DNA of 64,000 nucleotides from Dehalococcoidia bacterium (GCA_040902195.1 JBBDXS010000002.1:100441-164440); one strand, 5' to 3'. Shown: positions 1-9,239, numbered from the stretch's first letter. Translations and numbers: made by a program. The notes: a model not told the origin generated them from the letters alone.

Positions 1-1014
1 GGCACCAAGTCCAACAGCAAGGTCGTATGTCTTGCGATCCACTTGCCGTTCGTACTCACGAGCAGCCTGACATCCCCCTGGGTTGTCCCCGGTAACTGGG
101 TCTACTAAGCCCCGACAATCGTCCGGTGGCGGGTTGTCCCCGATAGCGAAGTGGTTGTCGCCATCGGTCAAGAGAACGATCGTCTTTCGGGTCGTCTGAC
201 CGCTTGCTTCGAGAAGCTCATCAGCCTTTAGCAATGCACGGCAGATGTTTGTCCCGCCGCCGGGTGTGGTGGCAGCGATCACACTATGGAGCGCCGGAGC
301 GTTTGTGGTGAGTGGTGAGATCCAGGACGCCGGGATGCGGCCGGGCTGACCGAACAGGTAATAGTGGGCTTCGTAGGGAGCATAGCCGACCCGACTTGCG
401 GTGTTCAGTCCACCTAGCAATACGTCCACGAGGGTGTGAGCCGCGCTGCGCGCCTCGTCAATCGGGCAGCTACTCGTTCCAGCCTCCCCGTTGCAGCCAA
501 AATTCATGCTGCTAGATGCGTCAAGCAAGATGACCGTATCCGTGGGCACGGACTGGATCGTGAGGCCGGCGGCGGAGCTGGCTGAGATGTCGAAGGCGGG
601 GACGCCGAATATGCTGGAGAACAGCATTGTGGAAGGCTTAGTTATCGTGACGCGCAGGCTGTCGCAGTGGCTATCGGGCGGAGGCGTGGGACAGGGAGTG
701 GGTCCGGCGCCCGGGTTCGGGTTGTCGCAGATGGCCGTCGAGGACGAATCGTTGTAGCAGAGCAGATCAACGTCGACGCCACTTGCGGCGTAGCCGTTCT
801 TCGCCGCCCAGCCGTACGCAGCCGCGACGGCGTCGCTGTCGCTCACGAGCAGGTCTTGCGCGCCGGCGGCCGCGGCGAGATCGGCCGCGCGCTGGACGCT
901 GCGGCGCTCGGCGAGCCAGAGACCGACGTCGATGACGACGGCGGCCATGACGAAGATGACGGTGATCACGCCTACAAACAGCACGAGCGTTTGTCCTCGT
1001 TCCCCACGTTTCAT
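1..1014 (-). CDS. TadG-like pilus assembly protein with vWA domain (3' end runs off the window)
   Basis: Manual translation from ATG 1014: MKRGERGQTLVLFVGVITVIFVMAAVVIDVGLWLAERRSVQRAADLAAAAGA (prepilin G|Q site, Tad N-terminus), later DTVILLDAS, GGGTNI and IVLLTDG (vWA/MIDAS). ATG overlaps the stop of the TadE gene. Absent from the ORF track. Confidence 0.85.
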   Translation of the reverse strand, partial: MKRGERGQTLVLFVGVITVIFVMAAVVIDVGLWLAERRSVQRAADLAAAAGAQDLLVSDSDAVAAAYGWAAKNGYAASGVDVDLLCYNDSSSTAICDNPNPGAGPTPCPTPPPDSHCDSLRVTITKPSTMLFSSIFGVPAFDISASSAAGLTIQSVPTDTVILLDASSSMNFGCNGEAGTSSCPIDEARSAAHTLVDVLLGGLNTASRVGYAPYEAHYYLFGQPGRIPASWISPLTTNAPALHSVIAATTPGGGTNICRALLKADELLEASGQTTRKTIVLLTDGDNHFAIGDNPPPDDCRGLVDPVTGDNPGGCQAAREYERQVDRKTYDLAVGLGA

Positions 1015-1484
1015 CAGCAGCCCGTCGAATCCGGCGGGGTGTATTCGAGTCGCGCGTCTGCGCTGGCCAGCATAGGCAGACCCGGCAGGGAAACCCCCAC
1101 CAATGATCCCAATCCTGTCTGGAACTCGTATGTGTAATCGAGTTCAATCTCTACGTTGTCGCCTGTTTGGATCCCAGGGATCCCGTTCGCGTCTTCGTAA
1201 TTCACATCAACTGTGCCAGCCGCAAACATGCCCTTGGTCCCGTTGGCGGTTAGCTGTTGAATTTCTGAGCAGGTAACTGGCGCACCGCTAGAGAATGCAT
1301 TTCCCCCAACGGAGGCGTAGCGCGCACCTTCTCGCGCCGCGTGGTCAAGTATCAAGCGGCGGTTGACAGCCATGCCGAAATCGACAATCGCAAGCAAGAA
1401 GAGGATGATGAGCGGGGCCAGGAGCGCAAACTCCAAGAGTGCCTGGCCCCGCTCATCTCTTACTGGCTTCCGGTTGATCGGCAC
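1014..1484 (-). CDS. TadE family pseudopilin
   Basis: ERGQALLEFALLAPLIILFLLAIVDFG...AAREGARYAS; GTG start at 1484 after AGGA. Confidence 0.9.
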   Translation of the reverse strand: MPINRKPVRDERGQALLEFALLAPLIILFLLAIVDFGMAVNRRLILDHAAREGARYASVGGNAFSSGAPVTCSEIQQLTANGTKGMFAAGTVDVNYEDANGIPGIQTGDNVEIELDYTYEFQTGLGSLVGVSLPGLPMLASADARLEYTPPDSTGC

Positions 1485-1521
1485 GTCGCTTTTCCTAGTC
1501 GCGCTTATGAGCGTTCGCGAC

Positions 1522-1761
1522 CTACGGCGTGCACGGGGTCGACAGGTTGTCGAAGTCGATGCACTCGCCGATGCCGGCGGCCATTCCCTGCAACGGCCCT
1601 GTAAACGCAATCGCTCCAACGGCAACGAGCCCAGCCGCAATCAGGCCGCCGAGCAACGCGTACTCGAGCAGGTCCTGGCCGCGCTCTTCACGCAGGCGCG
1701 CGCCGAGGCCGCGGACGGCCAGGTAGCCGCGCATCAGCGCTTCGTTCAGTAGTGCAGTCAT
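1522..1761 (-). CDS. flp: Flp family type IVb pilin
   Basis: REERG|QDLLEYALL Flp motif followed by a hydrophobic helix; SD AAGGAGG. Confidence 0.9.
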   Translation of the reverse strand: MTALLNEALMRGYLAVRGLGARLREERGQDLLEYALLGGLIAAGLVAVGAIAFTGPLQGMAAGIGECIDFDNLSTPCTP

Positions 1762-1767
1762 CTCTCT

Positions 1768-1900
1768 CCTCCTTGTGTCCGGCCCGGGGCGGGACAGTGT
1801 CCACGCCCCGGACCAAAACGCGCTAGTAGTTGGTGTTCACGCTCGTCGTGTTCTTCGCCTCGCACCTCCTTGTGAACTGCCGGCGGCGGGGACTGCCGGC
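1768..1900 (-). promoter_or_regulatory. flp leader with two hairpin + CACAAGGAGG units (candidate CsrA-type sites)
   Basis: Exact 10-nt repeat at 1865-1874 and 1768-1777, each preceded by a GC-rich hairpin. Confidence 0.45.
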
Positions 1901-1907
1901 AACAAGC

Positions 1908-2789
1908 TCATGCCGATTCGCTCAGTTGCCCCTCCGGCGGGAGCGGCAGTGTCAAGCACAACGCCAGCGCGGACGGCCCCATCAGCTCCACCCAGAGCAG
2001 CCCACCCAGCAGGTGGACATCGCGGGAGACCGCGTTGAGCGCGTGCGTCTCATCGCCGAGGTGGTCGGCGAGGTGGACGAAAGCCCGCGCGCCCGCCCGT
2101 GCGGGCGTGGCCGCGATGCGCACCGTCCACTCGTCTTTGCCGGCCCGCGCCTCGACCGCGACGTGCGCGCTCCGCGGCGCCAGCGTCACGACCAGGCGCA
2201 GCAGGGCGACCAGCGCGCGCCGCAGACGCCCCGCGTCCGTGCGCATGTGCTGGCCGTCCGCGTCGACAAACGTCGAGAAGCGCTGGCGACGGCGTTTCGC
2301 CAGCGCGTACACCGCCGATGCGGCGGCCTCGATCGTCTCCTCCATGTCGACTTCCTCGATCGCCGAGCCGTTGCCGTTCTCGTGGGCGCTCTCGTCCCAG
2401 GTGCCCGAGCTCATGCTCACGTCGACGAGGCGGCTGACCTCCTCGGCGGGCAGCGGACGCGGCACGAAGCGCCAGATGCCTTCGGCGCGTGTGTTGAGCG
2501 TGAGCAGGCGTACGCCGGCGCCCCCGACGAGAATGCCGTGCGGCGGCAGGCGCACCTCGCCCAGCGCGTCCGCGATGTCGCGCGCGTCTTCGTCGTCGCG
2601 CACCTTGAGCGCGAGCACGTCGAAACGCTGCCGTTCGAGCAGCGCGAACACCTCGTCCGGGCTCGAGGCCTCCTGGTGCGAGTGGCCGGCCTGCTCCAGA
2701 CTGGCCGCCATCGCGCGACGCCAGCGCGGGTCGCGCGCGTACACGGCGACGTGCCCCAGCGCGGCCGGTTCGCCGTTCCTACGACCCAT
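1908..2789 (-). CDS. Degenerate receiver domain fused to a degenerate histidine-kinase ATPase-like domain (pseudokinase)
   Basis: FDVLALK in place of DLVLLD; DAGRLRRALVALLRLVVTLAP and LLGGLLWVE...LCLTLPL resemble HATPase_c without N/G boxes. Confidence 0.6.
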   Translation of the reverse strand: MGRRNGEPAALGHVAVYARDPRWRRAMAASLEQAGHSHQEASSPDEVFALLERQRFDVLALKVRDDEDARDIADALGEVRLPPHGILVGGAGVRLLTLNTRAEGIWRFVPRPLPAEEVSRLVDVSMSSGTWDESAHENGNGSAIEEVDMEETIEAAASAVYALAKRRRQRFSTFVDADGQHMRTDAGRLRRALVALLRLVVTLAPRSAHVAVEARAGKDEWTVRIAATPARAGARAFVHLADHLGDETHALNAVSRDVHLLGGLLWVELMGPSALALCLTLPLPPEGQLSESA

Positions 2790-3498
2790 GGCCGTTGTGC
2801 CCGTTCGTTGCGGCGGAGACCAATCGATAGCCGACGCCGCGTTCGTTCTGCAACAGGCGCGGCTCGTCTTCGTCGCGCAGCTTGCGACGGAGGTAGCGCA
2901 CGTAGAGACGCAGCTTTTCGTGTCCGTCGTCGCACGAAGCGCCCCACACTTCGGAGAGCAGCTCTTCGTGACTGGCCACATCGCCCTGGCGGCGCGCGAG
3001 CGCGAGCAGCAGGCGGAACTCCGTCGGCGTCAGCGCGACGGAGTAGCCGTTTTGCGAGACGGTATGGTTGCCCGGATCGACGAGCAGCTCGCCCACACGC
3101 TGCGGGGCGAACTGCGGGATGAGATCGAGCGCGCCCGAGCTGTACTGAGAGCGCAGCAGCGCCTGCAGCCGCGCCGCCAGCTCGCGCCGCGTTACGGGCC
3201 CGGACAGCACAGTATCCGCTCCGGCCTCGAGGCAGCGCACGACGAGGTCCGTGTCGCGCTCGACGCAGAGCGCGAGGAGCGGCACGCCATCGAGTGCCGC
3301 GAAACCCGGCTCGACGTCCAGCGCATGGTGGGCATCGAGGCGCACGAGCGCGGCCGCGACGTTCTCGCGCCGGGCCGTACGGGCCGCTTCGTCGAAATCG
3401 GGTGCCGTACGCAGCCCGAAGCCAGACAGCACGAGCTGTCCGGGCAGGGACGCGTCGACTGGATCGGCCAGGTCTAGAAGTAGGATAAGTTGAGCCAC
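2779..3498 (-). CDS. OmpR/PhoB-family response regulator with atypical receiver
   Basis: Intact winged helix (LTPTEFRLL...LRLYVRYLRRKL...ERGVGYRL); receiver lacks canonical Asp/Lys. Confidence 0.85.
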   Translation of the reverse strand: MAQLILLLDLADPVDASLPGQLVLSGFGLRTAPDFDEAARTARRENVAAALVRLDAHHALDVEPGFAALDGVPLLALCVERDTDLVVRCLEAGADTVLSGPVTRRELAARLQALLRSQYSSGALDLIPQFAPQRVGELLVDPGNHTVSQNGYSVALTPTEFRLLLALARRQGDVASHEELLSEVWGASCDDGHEKLRLYVRYLRRKLRDEDEPRLLQNERGVGYRLVSAATNGHNGHGS

Positions 3499-3617
3499 CC
3501 CGCGCCTCCTTGCTATTCGGCCCTGTGAAGCAAGTGTATTGGGGTATACCCGAAGATAGAAATAGAAAACCGGAATGAAAGTTGTAGGAGTTCGTTAACG
3601 CGGGTTGTTAGAGGCCG

Positions 3618-4376
3618 CTAACGAGGAGAGAGATCGGTCGCGCGCCGGCCGTTGTCGCCGCCGATTAGTTGCAAGCGGTAGCCGACGCCCCACTCGCTCA
3701 GGATTAGCTGTGGAGTGGCCGAATCGTCCTCAAGCTTTTCGCGCAGGTAGCGGATGTAGAGGCGCAGGTAGTGACGCGAATCGACGTATTCGGCGCCCCA
3801 GACGCGCGACATGAGCGTCTGGTGCGTCAGCACCTTCCCCGGCGACGACGCGAGGCACGCCAGCAGCCGGAATTCGATCGGCGAGAGGAAGACGCGCTTG
3901 CCCGCACGCTCGACGGAGTGGTCGGCGCTGCACAACGTCAGCTCGCCGACCTGACGCGTGTCCGTCAGCGTTGCCGGACGCAGCATGCGGCGCAGCAGCG
4001 CCTCAATGCGCGCCGTCAGCTCGCGGTCGCCCATCGGCAGCACGAGATACTCATCGATGCCCTCAGAGAGCGCGCGTGTGATCATCAGCTCGTCGGCGCG
4101 CTCCGAGAGCACGACGACAGGCGCCTCTGTGCGTTCGCGGACGGTTGTGCAGGCGGCGAGCAGCTCTTCGGGGTCGGGCGCGGGAACGAGCAGGACGAGC
4201 TCGGGTTGGAGCTCCTGCAGCCAGCCCTCCGAGGCGGCGGAGACGGGGCAGGAGACCACCTCGTACTGGTCCGGCGAGAGGCGCTGCGCCAGCGCGGCGC
4301 CGTCTTCGTGGCGGGCGTAGAGCAGCAGCAGCCTCGCATTGCGAGCTTCGCCGTTCGTGCTTCCCTGCGCTTGCAT
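3618..4376 (-). CDS. OmpR/KdpE-like response regulator with atypical receiver
   Basis: LSPIEFRLL...YLRLYIRYLREKLE...EWGVGYRL; PELVLLV and EYLVLP in place of PDLVLLD and DYLTKP; ATG 4376 after GGGAGGG. Confidence 0.85.
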   Translation of the reverse strand: MQAQGSTNGEARNARLLLLYARHEDGAALAQRLSPDQYEVVSCPVSAASEGWLQELQPELVLLVPAPDPEELLAACTTVRERTEAPVVVLSERADELMITRALSEGIDEYLVLPMGDRELTARIEALLRRMLRPATLTDTRQVGELTLCSADHSVERAGKRVFLSPIEFRLLACLASSPGKVLTHQTLMSRVWGAEYVDSRHYLRLYIRYLREKLEDDSATPQLILSEWGVGYRLQLIGGDNGRRATDLSPR

Positions 4377-4699
4377 CCACCCCTCCCCACGCCTGTCCTG
4401 CCGAGAGAACGACACCGCCGGCCCCGAGAGGCTAGCGGTGTCACAACGTCACGATACGCCAACGCATCGTTAGCGACGAGCGGGCCGAACGGCCCCGCGC
4501 GCATCGCGGAGTGCATAGTGCTTCGGGAAGGCGGATAGGGATTTCCCTTAGGGGAAGTAAGCAAAACTTCCTCACCCCCAGCGCCCCGACCACGTACTGG
4601 AGGGTGCGATCAGGGACACGACATCGCTTGCTGGCACGTTTAGTGTTCCTGCCGGCCATGGCGGTCGGAGTCATCGTTGCCGTCTCGTATAGTTTGACT

Positions 4700-5824
4700 A
4701 TGCCGGAGCGAGTAGACGTCGTCGTGATCGGCGCGGGCGTGATCGGGCTCGCGATCGCACAGGAGCTGTCGCGCGAGCGACAGGTTGTCGTGCTGGAACG
4801 GCACGGGAGCTACGGGCGCGAGAACAGCTCGCACAACAGCGGCATCATCCACGCGGGCATCTACTACCCGCGCGACTGGCTCAAGACCCAGCTCTGCATC
4901 GAGGGCAATCGATTGCTCTACCAGTGGGCGGAGGAGCACGGCGTCCGCGCGAAGCGCACCGGCAAGCTCATCATCGCGTCGGAGAGAGCCGAGCTGCCGG
5001 AGCTCGAGCTGCTGTACGAGTCGGCGCGCGCCGGCGGCGTGCCGGACATGTCGATGTGCTCCGCGGCACAGGTGCGCGAGCTGGAGCCTCACGTCGAGGC
5101 CGTCGCGGCCGTGTACTCCGGCTCGACGGGCGTCATCGACCAGATGGAGCTGATGGGATCGTACCGGGCGGCGGCGGAAGCGAACGGCGCGCTTATCGCG
5201 TTCAAACACACCGTGACGTCGCTCGCGCGCCGCGACGGCGGCTTCGCGATCGAGGCGCTCGATCCTGAGGGAGGGGGCTTCGCGATCGAGGCGTCGGTGC
5301 TGGTGAACAGCGCAGGGCTGGCCGCCGACCGCATCGCGTCGCTGCTCGGCTATCCGCTCGACGGCGACGGCTCGACGCCGCGGCTGCGCCAGCGCATCGT
5401 GAAGGGCCGTTACTCCGACATCGTCGCGCCGGAGAAGGCGCGGCTGGTGACGCGACCTGTCTATCCGCTACCGCAGGGCGACCGCGCCGGCCTCGGCACG
5501 CACGTTACGGTCGATATCGATGCGGGCGTGCACCTCGGGCCGGACACGGAGTGGCTCGATGAGCGAGCGACGCTCGAATTCCGCTCGGACGACACGCGAC
5601 GGAGCGAGTTCGTCGCGGCGGCGCGGCGTTACCTGCCGTGGCTGGAGGCGGACGACGTTGCGCCTGGGCAGGTGGGCTATCGGACGAAGCTACACGATCC
5701 GGGCGGCGGGCCGGCCGACTTCCTGATCTGGCACGACGCGGGCTACGTGCACATGGGCGGCATCGAATCGCCGGGCATGACGGCGAGCCTGGCGATCGCG
5801 AAGCGCGTGGCCAGGCTGTTCTAA
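4700..5824 (+). CDS. FAD-dependent oxidoreductase (L-2-hydroxyglutarate oxidase-like)
   Basis: GAGVIG, SSHNSGIIHAGIYY, GIESPGMTASLAIA; ATG 6 nt after TATAGT. Confidence 0.85.
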   Translation: MPERVDVVVIGAGVIGLAIAQELSRERQVVVLERHGSYGRENSSHNSGIIHAGIYYPRDWLKTQLCIEGNRLLYQWAEEHGVRAKRTGKLIIASERAELPELELLYESARAGGVPDMSMCSAAQVRELEPHVEAVAAVYSGSTGVIDQMELMGSYRAAAEANGALIAFKHTVTSLARRDGGFAIEALDPEGGGFAIEASVLVNSAGLAADRIASLLGYPLDGDGSTPRLRQRIVKGRYSDIVAPEKARLVTRPVYPLPQGDRAGLGTHVTVDIDAGVHLGPDTEWLDERATLEFRSDDTRRSEFVAAARRYLPWLEADDVAPGQVGYRTKLHDPGGGPADFLIWHDAGYVHMGGIESPGMTASLAIAKRVARLF

Positions 5825-5955
5825 GGCTGACGTGCCGGGGTGCGTGCAGCCGCCGGCGCCGCCACGCTAAAGCGTGGCCTTCGAGAATGAAGTGGCGTTA
5901 GGCCCCTCGGCCTCCCCGCCTCCGTTACCTACTCGCCTCGGGATGACATTTTTTG

Positions 5956-6768
5956 CTACCAGTACTCCTCGGTAATGACGTTCTCTACGCCACGTTCCTT
6001 CAGGAGCGCCGTCGAGTCGCGGATCATGTCGGGATTGCCGCAGAGGAACACACCGAGCTTGTCGTACGGCAGGCGCGAAAAGACGAGCTCCGCATCCGTA
6101 CCTCGCGGCAGCGCGGCGGCGCGAGCGGCGTCTTCCTGGAACAGCTCCGTGATGCGCCCGCGGCCGAGGTCCGGCGTCCAGTCCGGATCGTCGTCGGGCC
6201 GGCTAACGAGCGGCAGGTAGACGAAATTGAACGATGGGTCGCTCGCCAGCTCCCGCAGCTCGTCTCGATAGCCGAGGTCGTTGCTGTAGCGGACGCCATG
6301 CACGAGCGTGATCACGCGGCCATGCGGCTTGCCCGCGCACTGGTCGATGTGCATTGTGCGCAGCATGCTCACATACGGCGCAAGGCCCGTGCCCGTGGCG
6401 ATGAACAGCACGTGCTGGGCGTCGCTCTTCTTCAACGTGAAGATGCCCTTCGGGCCCATGTAGTAGATCTCATCGCCGGGCGTGAGGGCGAAGAGCGACG
6501 GCGTGAACTCCCCCTGATCGATGACGTTGATGTAGAGCTCCAGGTACTCGCGGGTGTAGGGCGAGCTCGCGATGGAATAGGCGCGCGCGACGAACTTGTC
6601 GCCGATGTCCAGCCCCAGCGTGGCGTACTGGCCGGGAGTGAACTCGAAGGCCGGGCCGTCCTTGGGCTGGAACTTGAAGATGACGACCTCGGGCCCCGTC
6701 ACCTCAATGCGCTCAATGAGGGTGGCGGGGCGCATCTTGTCCTTGAGCGACCTCCGCTCGCCGGCCAT
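5956..6768 (-). CDS. Ferredoxin/flavodoxin-NADP+ reductase family protein
   Basis: RAYSIASSP, ATGTGLAPY, LCGNPDMI, C-terminal EEYW. Confidence 0.9.
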   Translation of the reverse strand: MAGERRSLKDKMRPATLIERIEVTGPEVVIFKFQPKDGPAFEFTPGQYATLGLDIGDKFVARAYSIASSPYTREYLELYINVIDQGEFTPSLFALTPGDEIYYMGPKGIFTLKKSDAQHVLFIATGTGLAPYVSMLRTMHIDQCAGKPHGRVITLVHGVRYSNDLGYRDELRELASDPSFNFVYLPLVSRPDDDPDWTPDLGRGRITELFQEDAARAAALPRGTDAELVFSRLPYDKLGVFLCGNPDMIRDSTALLKERGVENVITEEYW

Positions 6769-6905
6769 GTGCACCTCACTCTGGATGACCAATGGTTGCC
6801 TCCTAAGAGTCGCGTGTTCCCGCCCAACGCGCAAACGAGGGGCCGCATCTGAATTCTCGGCCGAAGGGGCAATCCCGCGCAGGTTTGCTAAGCTAACTGA
6901 CCACC

Positions 6906-7415
6906 ATGGACATCCAAGAGCAAGCCGAGCTACTGGGCAAGATCCTTCTTGCAGCGCTTTGCGGCGCTGTGATCGGCTGGCAGCGCGACCGCCGCCGGTA
7001 CAGCGCGGGCCTCCGCACGATGGCCCTCGTCGCGATGGGCGCTGCGCTCTTCGCCGCCTCGAACGAGGCCATCGGCGTCGACCGCATCGCCTCGAATATC
7101 GTTACGGGCATCGGCTTCATCGGCGCCGGGATCATCTTCCGCGACGGCGCGGGCGTGCGCGGAATCACGACGGCGGCCACGGTCTGGACCGTCGCCGCGA
7201 TCGGCCTGGCGATCACGCTGGACCTTTACCTCATCGCGCTTGTCCTCACGCCAGTGGTGTTCCTTATTCTTGAGATGCGACCGGTGTCCGAGTACATCTC
7301 CGGCCGCCGCTCAGACTTGCCGCTGCCGCATGGTCTGCGTCCGCACGGCTCCGGCTCCGCTGACGACGAGGACGAAGCCCGCGGCCGGCGTCACGAGGAG
7401 GACGAGTTCTCTTGA
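6906..7415 (+). CDS. MgtC/SapB family membrane protein
   Basis: AGLRTMALV, RIASNIVTGIGFIGAG, GITTAATVW. Confidence 0.9.
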   Translation: MDIQEQAELLGKILLAALCGAVIGWQRDRRRYSAGLRTMALVAMGAALFAASNEAIGVDRIASNIVTGIGFIGAGIIFRDGAGVRGITTAATVWTVAAIGLAITLDLYLIALVLTPVVFLILEMRPVSEYISGRRSDLPLPHGLRPHGSGSADDEDEARGRRHEEDEFS

Positions 7416-7450
7416 CTCTCAATCGTGCCTCGGCGATCATGCGTGTGCCG

Positions 7451-8197
7451 ATGAGACGCAGCCATCTGTTCTTTCCGATCTGCGCGATCGCGCTCGCCTT
7501 CGCTCTAAGCGGCTGCGCCGGCAAAGCGATTGCGCCGCGTGCGACAGCGATACCGCCATCGAACGAGAGCCTGCGCGTCGGCATCGTCGTCGTCGAAGAC
7601 GAGATCGTCCTGAGCGGGCGGCTCTACGGCCCCGAGAACGAGCCGCTGGTGATCTTGACGCACATGCGCCCGAACGATCAGCGGGCGTGGTTTAGCTTCG
7701 CCGAGGAGCTGGCGGACGCGGGTTACGCCGCGCTCACGTTCGATTTCCGCGGCTACGGCGAATCCGGAGGACGCCAGGACTACTCTAAACTCGATGATGA
7801 CCTGCGCGCGGTCGTGAACTACGAGCGTGACCAGGGTCGAGAACAGATCTTCCTGATCGGCGCCAGCATGGGCGGAACGGCCACACTCGCCGTCGCCGCT
7901 GCCGAGGACGTGGACGGCGTCGTCGCCATCTCGCCGCCATCGGAGTTTGAAGGCCAGGATGCGCTCGCGGCGATTCCAAACATCAGGGCGCCCAAGCTGA
8001 TCATGGCAAGTGAAGAAGACACTGCGGCAAGGCTCTCGCTGGACGAACTCGTCCAGGCGGCCATGCCACCGGTCGACTCACAAACGTTCAGCGGCAACGC
8101 GCACGGTACGGACCTCTTCGATCCGTTGCGCAGCGAGCACAGCGCCGAGGCGAAAGAGCGCTTGATCGATTTCCTGAATAAGTACTCGGACCGCTAG
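7451..8197 (+). CDS. Alpha/beta hydrolase lipoprotein
   Basis: LSGC lipobox, FDFRGYGES, GASMG nucleophile elbow, AHGTDL; exact start uncertain (7412-7451). Confidence 0.8.
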   Translation: MRRSHLFFPICAIALAFALSGCAGKAIAPRATAIPPSNESLRVGIVVVEDEIVLSGRLYGPENEPLVILTHMRPNDQRAWFSFAEELADAGYAALTFDFRGYGESGGRQDYSKLDDDLRAVVNYERDQGREQIFLIGASMGGTATLAVAAAEDVDGVVAISPPSEFEGQDALAAIPNIRAPKLIMASEEDTAARLSLDELVQAAMPPVDSQTFSGNAHGTDLFDPLRSEHSAEAKERLIDFLNKYSDR

Positions 8198-8751
8198 AAG
8201 CTTCTGGAGTGCTCCTCGACTGGGAGCGGCGGCAGGTCTTCCGGCCGCTTCTCAAGCGTATCGATGCCGGCGCGCACACTCGCTTTGAACGCATCGAGTT
8301 GCTGTTCCAATTTACGCAGCATTTCGAGCGCGTAACGATCGGCTTCTTCCATCTGCTCGTTCGCGAGGCGCTCGCCTTCGGCGCGACGTTGCTCGGCCTG
8401 ATGCACACCTTCTTGGATGATGCGCTCGACCTCGACGCGCGCTTCCGCAACGATCTGATCGGCGCGCACGCCCGCCGCACGCACGACTTCCGATTCAGCG
8501 ACGCGACGCGTCACCTCCTCCTCCGCGCGCGACAGGCGCAGAGCGACATCCTGGTCTGCCTGGGCGAGGACTTCTTGCTTGTGGGTGAGGACTTCCTCCG
8601 CCTCACGCACCTCCGCGGGAACGGCTGCGCGAAGCTGGTCGACGAGATCGAGCAGCCGGCGGCGATCGATCACGCTGCCGGTGCCGATCGGTAGGCGGCG
8701 AGCCTCGCCGATCTCTTCTTCCAACCGTTCGATCAGGTGCAAGAGGTTAAT
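8194..8751 (-). CDS. Conserved coiled-coil protein downstream of coaD (DivIVA/SepIVA-like); probable ATT start
   Basis: LHLIERLEEEI...LPIG...IDRRRLLDLVDQLRAAVP; AGGAGG 8 nt before in-frame ATT 8751. Confidence 0.75.
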   Translation of the reverse strand: MNLLHLIERLEEEIGEARRLPIGTGSVIDRRRLLDLVDQLRAAVPAEVREAEEVLTHKQEVLAQADQDVALRLSRAEEEVTRRVAESEVVRAAGVRADQIVAEARVEVERIIQEGVHQAEQRRAEGERLANEQMEEADRYALEMLRKLEQQLDAFKASVRAGIDTLEKRPEDLPPLPVEEHSRSF

Positions 8752-8753
8752 AG

Positions 8754-9239
8754 CTAGTCCCTCCTGTGCGAGAACTTCGCACGCAGCGCCTCCGCTACGT
8801 GGTTAGGCACGAGGTCAGTTACATCATACCCGAGACTGGCGACCTCGCGGATACGGCTGCCGCTGATGAAGAGGTGCTCCAGACTGCTCATGAGATAGAC
8901 GGACTCGATCTCCTTTGCCATGCGCTTGTTCATGAGCGCCATGTCGAACTCCGCCTCGAAACCCGTAACGGCGCGGATGCCGCGCACCAGCACGGAGGCC
9001 GACTGCTCGACCGCGAAATTGACGACGAGGCCTCGGAATGGCTTGACCGTGACGTTCCCGCAGCGCTCGACGGCCTTCGTAAAGAACGCGATCCGCTCGT
9101 CTGTGCTGAAGAGCGTCCCCGTCGGCGTATCGAGAACGGCGACGACGAGATGGTCGAAGAGGCGCCCGGCGCGCACGGCGATATCGAGGTGGCCATTTGT
9201 AACCGGGTCAAACCGGCCGGGATAGACGGCGGTAGCCAA
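8754..9239 (-). CDS. coaD: Pantetheine-phosphate adenylyltransferase
   Basis: YPGRFDPVTNGHLDI, VRGIR, ISGSRIRE. Confidence 0.95.
   Translation of the reverse strand: MATAVYPGRFDPVTNGHLDIAVRAGRLFDHLVVAVLDTPTGTLFSTDERIAFFTKAVERCGNVTVKPFRGLVVNFAVEQSASVLVRGIRAVTGFEAEFDMALMNKRMAKEIESVYLMSSLEHLFISGSRIREVASLGYDVTDLVPNHVAEALRAKFSHRRD

Noticed and set aside
1823-1864. Micro-ORF after the upstream AAGGAGG in the flp leader
   Set aside because: No canonical start at workable SD spacing; the nearest usable GTG gives only 5 codons.
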